The notes under the pieces were generated by a model. The model had not been told where the DNA came from, made no database searches, and saw only the letters and a program-made list of their open reading frames with translations. This document shows positions 10,929 through 19,374 of a DNA stretch of 64,000 nt, in pieces (the stretch's first letter is position 1; every line of letters starts with the position of its first letter). The DNA lies in the NCBI GenBank assembly GCA_965207735.1, contig OZ242296.1, positions 576,001-640,000 of the forward strand, written 5' to 3'. This DNA is from Candidatus Versatilivorator sp. GTDB taxonomy: Bacteria > Acidobacteriota > Terriglobia > Versatilivoradales > Versatilivoraceae. The position numbers and the translations under genes are program-made.

Positions 10929-11003
10929 ATAATAATGGCCTTTCAAAGTGTATCCAGCGACCCGGTGAGAAATTCGGGCTAAGTTAGGGAGCGTTCCTTT
11001 ATC

Positions 11004-11801
11004 GTGGAAACCGTGAATTCAAATAACACCGATCACCCTTCCAGGCAATCGACCCTGCGCGAATATTTCGAAAGTTTCGTCGTCACCATCGTTCTGGCGC
11101 TATTCGGAACGACCTTCGTGGTGCAGGCATTCAAGATTCCGACACCCTCCATGGAGGACAATCTCCTGGTCGGAGACCATCTTCTGGTTAACAAGTTCGT
11201 CTATGGTAATCCGGGGGGATGGCTGCAGCGGCTGCTGCCGTTCCAGCAGGTGAAGCACGGCGACGTTATTGTATTTCGCTACCCGGAAGACCCCGCCAAG
11301 CATTACGTCAAGCGGGCCATCGGGCTGCCGGGAGATCGCATCCGCCTGAAGAACCAGAGGTTGTACCGGAACGGCAACCACGTGGTAGAGCACTACGTGT
11401 TCCATAAGCGTCCGGAACGCAACGACGTGGAAATCAGAGACACCTTTCCCCTCAGCGAGGCCCAGATCAATCGCTTCGCCGACTACAACCAGGCCCGTGA
11501 TATTCACTTGGCCTACCGGTACTTCAAGGAGTTTACCGAGGGTCAGGACGTCGTGGTTCCTCCGGGTCGATACTTCGCCATGGGAGACAACCGGGACAAT
11601 AGCGCCGACAGCCGATATTGGGGATTCGTGCCTCGAAAAAACATCGTCGGCAGAGCATTCATCATTTATTGGTCGTTCGAAACACACCCCAGGGAACATT
11701 TGCACAATTCGCTGTCGGAACGAACAGATCGGTTCGCGGATGTCTTGTGGAACTTTTTTCGCAAGACCCGTTGGAATCGGACCTTCAAGCTGGTGGGATG
11801 A
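11004..11801 (+). CDS. lepB: Signal peptidase I
   Basis: IPTPSM (Ser), YVKRAIGLPGD (Lys), MGDNRDNSADSRYWG. Confidence 0.95.
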   Translation: METVNSNNTDHPSRQSTLREYFESFVVTIVLALFGTTFVVQAFKIPTPSMEDNLLVGDHLLVNKFVYGNPGGWLQRLLPFQQVKHGDVIVFRYPEDPAKHYVKRAIGLPGDRIRLKNQRLYRNGNHVVEHYVFHKRPERNDVEIRDTFPLSEAQINRFADYNQARDIHLAYRYFKEFTEGQDVVVPPGRYFAMGDNRDNSADSRYWGFVPRKNIVGRAFIIYWSFETHPREHLHNSLSERTDRFADVLWNFFRKTRWNRTFKLVG

Positions 11802-12445
11802 TACAGGGGAGCAGCGCGAGCCAGATGGGGAGAAGAACGGTTCTTTCCTTGTTGGGTCTGCTTCTGTTGGGGGCGGGTGCCTGGTGGTTTCTTCGCGCTC
11901 CGTCGGAGGCATCCGGACCCGCCTCAGCGGTGAATCGGACCGCCGCTCAGGCATTTGCCAAAAAGCTGGCGGCCATTGCCCTGCCGCCGGCGGGTTCCAG
12001 CGGAGGACAGGCCGAGTTCACCGAATCCGAGGTCGACGCCTTCCTTCAGCACGAGATTTCGCGGCACTATCCCCAAGGGGTGCGCCAGATCCAATTCCGC
12101 TTTCAGCAGAACCGGCTTTCCGCCCGGGCACTGGTAGACTTCGATGAAATGCAGGCCGACTCTGCCAATGCCGGCAAGTCCCTGGTGTGGGCTCTGCTGC
12201 AGGGCGAGCATTGGGTGCAGGTTTCCGGCAAGTTTACGGCTGAGAACGGGCTGGGGCGCTACGATATCCTTGGGATCCGGATCGATGAGCAGGAAATCCC
12301 CAGGGTCCTGATCGATTTGCTGCTGGATCACTATGTGCTTCCCAAGTACCCCGGGGCGGCGCCGAACACCGATTTTCATCTCCCCTTCAAAATCCGGAGC
12401 ATTGAGTTGACGCCGGGCAAGGTCTTCGTCCGCTATGGGACCTGA
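11798..12445 (+). CDS. Membrane-anchored hypothetical protein
   Basis: ATGA overlap with lepB, N-terminal TM helix. Confidence 0.65.
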   Translation: MIQGSSASQMGRRTVLSLLGLLLLGAGAWWFLRAPSEASGPASAVNRTAAQAFAKKLAAIALPPAGSSGGQAEFTESEVDAFLQHEISRHYPQGVRQIQFRFQQNRLSARALVDFDEMQADSANAGKSLVWALLQGEHWVQVSGKFTAENGLGRYDILGIRIDEQEIPRVLIDLLLDHYVLPKYPGAAPNTDFHLPFKIRSIELTPGKVFVRYGT

Positions 12446-12531
12446 TGGCCTCCCGGTCGCTCCCTCGGCGACGGCTGCCCGCTCAATTCGTGGGGGTGGG
12501 TGTCCTGTCTCAGAAATACGATATGGCAACC

Positions 12532-13587
12532 TCATTTCTGAGGCAGAACGCTTGCGCTCCAACCTCTCGGCAGAAACAGGCGGTTGTAGAGGTTCAAGGC
12601 AAAGCGGTCGGTCATCCCGGCGACAAAATCGACCGCGGCAAGCTCCGCGCCGACCTCAGGACGCCGAAAACCTTCCGGAATACATTGGGGATGGGCCAAC
12701 AGATGGTGGTAGATGTCGCTCAAGAGCTTCTTGGCCTTGAGCAGCTCTTCCTTGGGAATGCTGCGCGCGTAGACCGTCCGATAGAGAAAGTGCCGCAGTT
12801 CCATCATCGCCTGCAGAGTCGTGGGGCTCATGGAGACGATTTGAAGGTTGGTTCCCAGGCTGGATCGAATCACGTCACGGACCAGGGTGTCGATTCGGAG
12901 CGAGTGGCTCTTACCCAAGGCATTCGTCAGTTCCCTGGGTATGTCGGACTCTCGAATCAGACCCGACCGTAGGGCGTCGTCCAGGTCGTGGTTCACGTAG
13001 GCGATCACGTCGGACACTCTGACGACCTGACCCTCCAGGGTTGCCGGGCGGCCCTTGTCCTGGGTGGTAAATACCGCTCCCGCCCCCTTGGAATGCTTGA
13101 GGATTCCGTCCCTCACTTCCCAGCACAGGTTCAACCCTCGTCCTTCCTGCTCCAGCGTGTCCACAACCCTCAGGCTCTGGCGGTAGTGGCGAAAACCGCC
13201 GGGAGCAAGCTCATTCAAAATGGCTTCGCCCGCGTGCCCAAAGGGGGTGTGGCCCAGATCATGACCCAGCGCAATTGCCTCGGTGAGGTCCTCGTTCAGT
13301 CGCAGCGCTCGACTGATGGTTCTGGCGATTTGGGCGACTTCGAGAGTATGGGTCAGGCGAGTCCGATAGTGGTCGCCCTCCGGTGAAAGAAACACCTGGG
13401 TCTTGTGCTTCAAGCGGCGAAATGCCTTGGAATGAAGGATTCGGTCGCGGTCGCGTTGGAAGGCGGTGCGGATGGCGCAGGCGGACTCGTTCCTCTGGCG
13501 GCCTCGAGTCCGCCTGCTGAGGGTTGCTTGAGGGGCCAGGGTTTGGGCCTCTTGCTCCTCCGCCCGTTGACGAAGGGTCTCAACCAT
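12532..13587 (-). CDS. dgt: dGTP triphosphohydrolase-like HD protein
   Basis: [32 protein letters not shown]. Confidence 0.93.
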   Translation of the reverse strand: MVETLRQRAEEQEAQTLAPQATLSRRTRGRQRNESACAIRTAFQRDRDRILHSKAFRRLKHKTQVFLSPEGDHYRTRLTHTLEVAQIARTISRALRLNEDLTEAIALGHDLGHTPFGHAGEAILNELAPGGFRHYRQSLRVVDTLEQEGRGLNLCWEVRDGILKHSKGAGAVFTTQDKGRPATLEGQVVRVSDVIAYVNHDLDDALRSGLIRESDIPRELTNALGKSHSLRIDTLVRDVIRSSLGTNLQIVSMSPTTLQAMMELRHFLYRTVYARSIPKEELLKAKKLLSDIYHHLLAHPQCIPEGFRRPEVGAELAAVDFVAGMTDRFALNLYNRLFLPRGWSASVLPQK

Positions 13588-14303
13588 CAGGGAACAATTT
13601 TCCTTAACCGCTGTTCGGCTTCGGTAGAGGCAGGCGAAGTGGGGAAGTCGTTGATCACCTTTTCGTACATCTTGGCGGCCTGCTCCTGCTGGTTCTGTTG
13701 CTCGTAAAGCAGGGCCACCTTCATTGCCAGGCTTTCACCTGGAGTCGTCAAGGCATTGCGCTCAACCAACTGCTGATAGACCTCGGTTGCCTTGGCCAGG
13801 TCCGCGGTGTCCTCGTAAATCCGTCCCAGGGCTGCCAGCGCCAGTGCGCCGAAGTCAGTCTGCTCCTGACTCAGGGGCTCCAGCAGCGACACGGCTTCCG
13901 AGCTCCTGTCGAGCTGATGGAGACAAAGACCGGAGTAGTAGGTGGCAATCTTGCCCGCCGCCCTGGAATCGTGCCGGGAGACGACCTCCTGCAGCTCTGT
14001 CAGCGCCTTTTCGTGTTTCTGTTCGGGCGTCTCAAAGAAGACCGGAGCCGTCGAGCCGGACGATTCGGTCTTGCCGACGGTTGCGTGGTAGGTCGCCAGG
14101 GCCCGGGCCAACTCCTGCTTGGAATGCTCCTCCTGCTTGGCCGAGTAGTAGTAGTAGCCTCCCACCAGAATGGCCACCACTCCGACGGCTGACAGACCAC
14201 GCAGGATTTCGGAACGGTTGTTGGCGAAGAAGTGGCGAGTATCATCCACCAACATCATGAAACGGTCTTCCTTCAGAATTTCATGCCGGGTGAGTCGGGC
14301 CAA
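13587..14303 (-). CDS. YfgM-like membrane-anchored TPR protein
   Basis: N-terminal TM helix then TPR-like helices; TTG start after GGGAG. Confidence 0.7.
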   Translation of the reverse strand: MARLTRHEILKEDRFMMLVDDTRHFFANNRSEILRGLSAVGVVAILVGGYYYYSAKQEEHSKQELARALATYHATVGKTESSGSTAPVFFETPEQKHEKALTELQEVVSRHDSRAAGKIATYYSGLCLHQLDRSSEAVSLLEPLSQEQTDFGALALAALGRIYEDTADLAKATEVYQQLVERNALTTPGESLAMKVALLYEQQNQQEQAAKMYEKVINDFPTSPASTEAEQRLRKIVP

Positions 14304-14467
14304 GAGATTCTCCCTGAGTTCCTGAGGTCTGACGGCGGCGGGCTTGTCGCCCGAGGTGCTGGCGTACTGCCACGCCCACCCAATGCTAGCAATGTCCACC
14401 AGCGCTGTCAATTTCGCCGGTTTCGCCGGGAGAGGGCCGCAACGTCACCGATGACCAAGCAAGAGAA

Positions 14468-14490
14468 ATCCACGAAGGGCCACGAAGGGA
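14468..14490 (+). repeat. CCACGAAGGG 10-bp-period intergenic repeat, copy 1
   Basis: ATCCACGAAGGGCCACGAAGGGA; related copies at 17.9, 23.6 and 42.3 kb. Confidence 0.7.
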
Positions 14491-14576
14491 TGGGTTTACA
14501 ACATGGACAAAACATCATTAAATGGGGAGCGAATCCGTCAGGGAGAGCGACGAGATCCCGAAGGGAGGCTGGGACT

Positions 14577-15074
14577 ATGGGAATAGAGGATTTGACGGCA
14601 TTGTATGCCTATAACGGTTGGGCCAACCGGAGGGTCAGGAATTCTATTGAGGACCTGGATCCGGAAATCTTCAAGCGCGATCTGGGAGCCAGTTTCGGCT
14701 CACTGCAGGGGACCGCGGCTCATCTGGTTTCAGCGCAGTGGAATTGGCTGGGACGTTGGAAGGGCAAACCGGCCAGCCAGCCCCTGCCTGCAGATGCCTT
14801 TGCAAGTCCCCAGCAAGCCAACCGGCGCTGGGTAGAAGTCGATCGGGCTCTGGCCGACTTCGTCGAAGGACTGGACGCCGGCAGTCTGCAGCGATCCATC
14901 GCCTTGACAACTCCTCAGGGGCGCAGTTACTCGAGCCTGCTCTGGCAGGCGATGCTGCATGTCGTGAACCACTCCAGCTACCACCGCGGGCAGATTGCGG
15001 CCATGCTGCGGCAGGTCGGCGCCATCCCGCAGGGGACGGATCTGATGCTCTTTTACCGCGAGCTGTCGGGGTGA
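14577..15074 (+). CDS. DinB family protein
   Basis: YNGWAN, S..GTAAHL, HVVNHSSYHRGQ. Confidence 0.9.
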   Translation: MGIEDLTALYAYNGWANRRVRNSIEDLDPEIFKRDLGASFGSLQGTAAHLVSAQWNWLGRWKGKPASQPLPADAFASPQQANRRWVEVDRALADFVEGLDAGSLQRSIALTTPQGRSYSSLLWQAMLHVVNHSSYHRGQIAAMLRQVGAIPQGTDLMLFYRELSG

Positions 15075-15154
15075 CTCCTGCGAGCCTGAAAGGCCATTGA
15101 GAGAGAAACCGGTCGTTCGGGCCAATCTCAGCAGGGAGGAGCGAATCCAACACC

Positions 15155-16150
15155 ATGTTCAACGCCAGAATCCTGGGTACCGGAAGCTACCTGCCGGAAA
15201 GGATCGTCACCAATGCCGATCTGGAAGAGGTAATGGACACCTCTGACGAATGGATCCGGCAGAGGACGGGAATCCGCGAGCGGCGTTTCGTGGAGCCGGG
15301 GGTCGGACCCACCGATCTGGGCTTGCAGGCCGCCCACCGGGCACTGCATTCGGCCGGGTTGACCCCCGATCAAATCGACTTCATCATCTTTGCCACCTTG
15401 AGTCCCGAGTACAATTTTCCGGGTTGTGGCTGCCTTCTTCAGGAAAAGCTCGGCGTTGGTACGGTGGGCGCCCTGGATGTCCGCAATCAGTGCACGGGTT
15501 TCGTCTACGGTCTGTCCATTGCCGATCAGTTCGTCAGAACCGGCACCTATCGCCACATCCTGGTAGTTGGCGCTGAGGTCCATTCTTCCGGACTGGAGAT
15601 GAATACCCACGGCCGGGATGTCGCCGTCATCTTTGGAGACGGGGCCGGGGCTGTGGTGGTGGGCCGTTCGGATAACAGAAGCCGACGAATTCTCTCCAGC
15701 CCCTTGCACGCCCAAGGGAAATATGCGCGGAAACTATGGTTGGAAGTTCCGAGCTCGCTGAGCCACCCCCGATTGACGGAGGAGATGCTGAGAGAGGGAC
15801 GGCACTATCCGCACATGGACGGCCGCTACGTCTTCAAACACGCGGTGGAGCGTCTGCAGGAAAGCGTGCGGGAAGCCCTGGCCGACAACCAACTGAAAAT
15901 TGAGGATGTCTCGCTGCTGATCCTGCATCAGGCCAATTTGCGCATATCGGAGGCGGTGGTGCGTTCCTTGAAAATACCGCCGGAACGAGTTTTCAGCAAT
16001 ATTCAACGGTACGGCAATACCACGGCGGCGTCCATTCCGATCGCTTTGGACGAGGCTGTTCGGGCGGGAATAGTCCAGCCGGGGGGCTTGGTTGTGCTGG
16101 CCGCCTTCGGTTCCGGGTTTACCTGGGGCGCCACCATCCTGCGCTGGTAG
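15155..16150 (+). CDS. fabH: 3-oxoacyl-ACP synthase III
   Basis: DTSDEWI..RTGI, catalytic C (NQCTGF), HQAN, YGNTTAAS. Confidence 0.93.
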   Translation: MFNARILGTGSYLPERIVTNADLEEVMDTSDEWIRQRTGIRERRFVEPGVGPTDLGLQAAHRALHSAGLTPDQIDFIIFATLSPEYNFPGCGCLLQEKLGVGTVGALDVRNQCTGFVYGLSIADQFVRTGTYRHILVVGAEVHSSGLEMNTHGRDVAVIFGDGAGAVVVGRSDNRSRRILSSPLHAQGKYARKLWLEVPSSLSHPRLTEEMLREGRHYPHMDGRYVFKHAVERLQESVREALADNQLKIEDVSLLILHQANLRISEAVVRSLKIPPERVFSNIQRYGNTTAASIPIALDEAVRAGIVQPGGLVVLAAFGSGFTWGATILRW

Positions 16151-16173
16151 GAAGTCGGGAAGTCGGGGACGTA

Positions 16174-17172
16174 ATGACCCATCGCTTCGTCAAGGGCGGG
16201 CTGGCCTGCCTGGGAGCATCCGTCGCCTTGGCGCTGTCCGGGCCGTCGCCTTCCCCGGGGGTCCGTTTTGCCTCGGTGAAAGAAGGACAAGAGATCCTCC
16301 GGACCCGGGATGGATTTGTCCGGCGTTTGAGTCCCTTCGATCGGGCCGCTCGCCTGAAGACGGACCGGGAAGTGTCCGAGGCCGAGTTTCTGAAATTTAT
16401 CGCCGGCGAGGTCGTTGCCTGGGGCAGCGCGGAGAGAGAAAAGGTGGAGCAGGCCTTCGAGCGGGTCCGGCATGAGTTGGGCGGGTTCCCCTTGAATTGG
16501 CCGGAGAGTGTCCATTTCGTTCATACGACGGGAGAAGAGGAGGGAGGCGCGGCCTACACCCGGGGGAAGTCCATCATTCTGCCCCGAACCAGACTCGACC
16601 AGTCCCCGGAGAAGCTGGCCCGGCTGATTGCCCATGAGCTGTTTCACATCCTGTCCCGTCACGACCGGAACCTGCGGGATCGACTGTACCGGGTGATCGG
16701 ATTCCAACCTTGCGATGAGGTCGAGTTGCCGGGCTTCCTCACCCGAAGAAGGATCACCAACCCCGATGCGCCCGTCAATGCCCACCGCATTCGCGTGCAA
16801 CGGGACGGCAGGCAGTTCTGGGCAACCCCGGTCCTTTACTCCAAGAGCGATCGCTACGATCCCCTGCAGGGGGGCAGCTTCTTCAAGTACCTGCAATTTC
16901 GGCTGTTGCTGGAGAGCGTGGAAGCCGGGCCCGCCGTTCCGGCGACGCCGGCCGATTCAGTTCCCAGGCTGGTCGAAGTCAAGGAGGTGTCGGGATTCTT
17001 CGAGCAGGTCGGCAGGAACAGTTCCTATATCATCCACCCCGAAGAAATTCTGGCGGTCAACTTTGCCTTGATTGTGACGGGAGAGACCGAGTTTCCATCC
17101 CCCGGGGTGGCTGAAGGGATCCGATCCGTCTTGAGAGGCGGAGTCGAACGGACGGTCCCGGACGAACAGTAG
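16174..17172 (+). CDS. Exported putative zinc metalloprotease
   Basis: Signal peptide; AAYTRG...IAHELFH (HExxH) and downstream HPEEILA. Confidence 0.65.
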   Translation: MTHRFVKGGLACLGASVALALSGPSPSPGVRFASVKEGQEILRTRDGFVRRLSPFDRAARLKTDREVSEAEFLKFIAGEVVAWGSAEREKVEQAFERVRHELGGFPLNWPESVHFVHTTGEEEGGAAYTRGKSIILPRTRLDQSPEKLARLIAHELFHILSRHDRNLRDRLYRVIGFQPCDEVELPGFLTRRRITNPDAPVNAHRIRVQRDGRQFWATPVLYSKSDRYDPLQGGSFFKYLQFRLLLESVEAGPAVPATPADSVPRLVEVKEVSGFFEQVGRNSSYIIHPEEILAVNFALIVTGETEFPSPGVAEGIRSVLRGGVERTVPDEQ

Positions 17173-17343
17173 CAGCCAGTGTCTCCCGCGGCTCATCGGG
17201 TTGCGACCGGCGTGTTGGGGCCGCGTTTACAAATCGGCGGCGGCATGCTACTCTCCACGCCGTCCCGTGGATTCGATTCCCCGAGACCGTTCAGATAGGG
17301 GGCATTTTCTGAAGCCGTTCTTCACCCACCCTCACCCCACTCT

Positions 17344-17432
17344 GCCGGAGTGGCGGAATTGGCAGACGCACTAGACTCAAAATCTAGCGTGGGTTACCCC
17401 ACGTGGGGGTTCAAGTCCCCCCTCCGGCACCA
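17344..17432 (+). tRNA. tRNA-Leu(CAA)
   Basis: GCCGGAG/CTCCGGC acceptor stem, anticodon loop CTCAAAA, long variable arm, GGTTCAAGTCC, encoded CCA. Confidence 0.97.
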
Positions 17433-17526
17433 AGTTTTCCGCAGGATCGGTTAACAGCCTGAAATAGACCTGTAGGGTGCAATCCCTTTCCGTGTGACGT
17501 TGGTGTCGCGGCGTCATGGGAGAATG

Positions 17527-17740
17527 CCCACCCGGGAGCGCGGGCGTCCCGCCCGCACAACACCGGCAAGGCCTCGCCCATCTCCTCGACCCGGGTCGAC
17601 CGGCAGGGGTGCCATGGCTCTGCTTCGGCCGGGCCCATGCGATTCCCGCCGGCAGGAGGGGCGGGCTACCGCATCGCAGGGAAACTGAGCGATAACTCAA
17701 GGGAGAGGATGCGGGCGGGACGCCCGCGCTCCCGGGTGGG
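17527..17740. repeat. REP-doublet / MITE-like element with perfect 31-bp terminal inverted repeats
   Basis: CCCACCCGGGAGCGCGGGCGTCCCGCCCGCA (17527-17557) and its exact reverse complement (17710-17740). Confidence 0.8.
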
Positions 17741-17867
17741 TCGTCCCGATGGTGCGATGGAGCGTATCCGGGGGGCGACTTCTCTGAGAGCCGACGGGTG
17801 CCCCTTGGGAAACTCCCCTTTGCCCGCGAGGCCGGCCCCCGCCCTGCCGGGCGGTCAACCTCAGCGC

Positions 17868-17920
17868 CTTGGTGGCCCTTCGTCGTTCTTGGTGGCCCTT
17901 CGTGGATAACTCTTTTTTCT
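17868..17920 (-). repeat. CCACGAAGGG 10-bp-period repeat, copy 2
   Basis: Reverse strand reads AAAAAAGAGTTATCCACGAAGGGCCACCAAGAACGACGAAGGGCCACCAAG. Confidence 0.75.
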
Positions 17921-17926
17921 CTTGTT

Positions 17927-19372
17927 TCAGGTGAGCACTTCCCGGAGCACCCGGCCGTGGACGTCTGTCAGGCGGAAGTCTCGGCCGCTGTAGCGGTAGG
18001 TCAGTCTTTCGTGGTCCAAGCCCAGCAGGTGCAGGATGGTGGCGTGCAGGTCATGGACGTGGACCTTGTTCTCCACGGCCTTGAAACCGAAGTCGTCGGT
18101 GCTCCCGTAGGTCGTTCCGCCGCGGACACCGGCGCCGGCCAGCCAGACCGAAAAGCCCCAATGGTTGTGGTCGCGGCCGTTCTGGACCACGCTGGCTCCG
18201 CTGGTCTCCACCACCGGCGTGCGGCCGAACTCGCTACCGCAAATGACCAGCGTGTCTTCGAACAGGCCCCGGTCCTTCAGGTCCTGCAGCAGGGCCGCCA
18301 TGGCCGGATCGGCCTCACGAGCCAGCCGTTGATGGGCCATGATGTCGTAGTGGCTGTCCCAGGGCTGGCCGGTTCCGAAATAGACCTGGACCACCCGAAC
18401 TCCTCGTTCCACCAGGCGCAGGGCCATGAGGCAGCCCCGAGCGAAATCGCCCTGGCCGTAGCGCTCCAGGGTGCCCGGATTCTCCTTGGAGAGGTCGAAG
18501 ACCTCCGGGGCCTCCATCTGCATCCGATAGGCGATTTCCATGGAATGGATGCTCCCCTCCAACTGGGGGTCGGCGGGGCGCTGCCGCCGGTGAAATTGGT
18601 TGAGCCGGTCCAGCAGGTCCAGTTGGCGGCGCTGCTGGCCCCGGGTCAGATGGGAGTTGCGAATGTCATGGATGAGCTTGTCCGGGGTCGTCTGATCGTT
18701 GGGGATGCGGGTTCCCTGGTAGACCGCCGGCAGGAAGGCCGAGTTCCAGAGGGGGACGCCTCCGGTCGGAGGACCTCCGGAGGGGCAGAGCACCATGAAG
18801 CCCGGCAGATTCCGGTTTTCGGTGCCCAGTCCGTAGGTGAGCCAGGACCCCAGGGAGGGGCGTCCGGGTTGCTGGTGACCGCAGTTCATCAGGAACATCC
18901 CCGGAGGATGGTTGGGAACCTCGGTGTGCATGGACCGGATCACACAGATGTCGTCGATGTGGGCGGCCGTTTCGGAAAAGAGCTCGCTGACTTCAATCCC
19001 GCTCTGACCGTATCTCTTGAACTGGAAGGGCGACCGCATGAGGTTGCCGGTCTTGCGTTCGGTCTTGACGTAGGCGCCCGGCATGGGCTGGCCATGATGT
19101 CTGATTAGCCGCGGCTTGGGGTCGAAGGTGTCGACCTGCGAGAGGCCCCCATTCATGAAGAGAAAGATGACCCGCTTGGCCCTGGCGGGGAAGTGAGGCG
19201 GCTGCACTGCCAGCGGATCGGTGGGTGCGGTCGGCGAAGAAGCATGCAGCCGGGAACTCTGCAGCAGGCTGGCATAGCCGTAGAGGCCGAAGCCGCCGCC
19301 CAGCGTCCGGAGCAGATCACGGCGGGTCACGGCAAGTTCAGGAGTTTTAGGGATAGCCATTGGGTTTCCCAT
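17927..19372 (-). CDS. DUF1501 domain protein with Tat-like signal
   Basis: TRRDLL, KRVIFLFMNGGLSQVDTFDPKP, SEFGRTP, GRDH, HDLHATILHLLG. Confidence 0.9.
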   Translation of the reverse strand: MGNPMAIPKTPELAVTRRDLLRTLGGGFGLYGYASLLQSSRLHASSPTAPTDPLAVQPPHFPARAKRVIFLFMNGGLSQVDTFDPKPRLIRHHGQPMPGAYVKTERKTGNLMRSPFQFKRYGQSGIEVSELFSETAAHIDDICVIRSMHTEVPNHPPGMFLMNCGHQQPGRPSLGSWLTYGLGTENRNLPGFMVLCPSGGPPTGGVPLWNSAFLPAVYQGTRIPNDQTTPDKLIHDIRNSHLTRGQQRRQLDLLDRLNQFHRRQRPADPQLEGSIHSMEIAYRMQMEAPEVFDLSKENPGTLERYGQGDFARGCLMALRLVERGVRVVQVYFGTGQPWDSHYDIMAHQRLAREADPAMAALLQDLKDRGLFEDTLVICGSEFGRTPVVETSGASVVQNGRDHNHWGFSVWLAGAGVRGGTTYGSTDDFGFKAVENKVHVHDLHATILHLLGLDHERLTYRYSGRDFRLTDVHGRVLREVLT

Positions 19373-19374
19373 AT

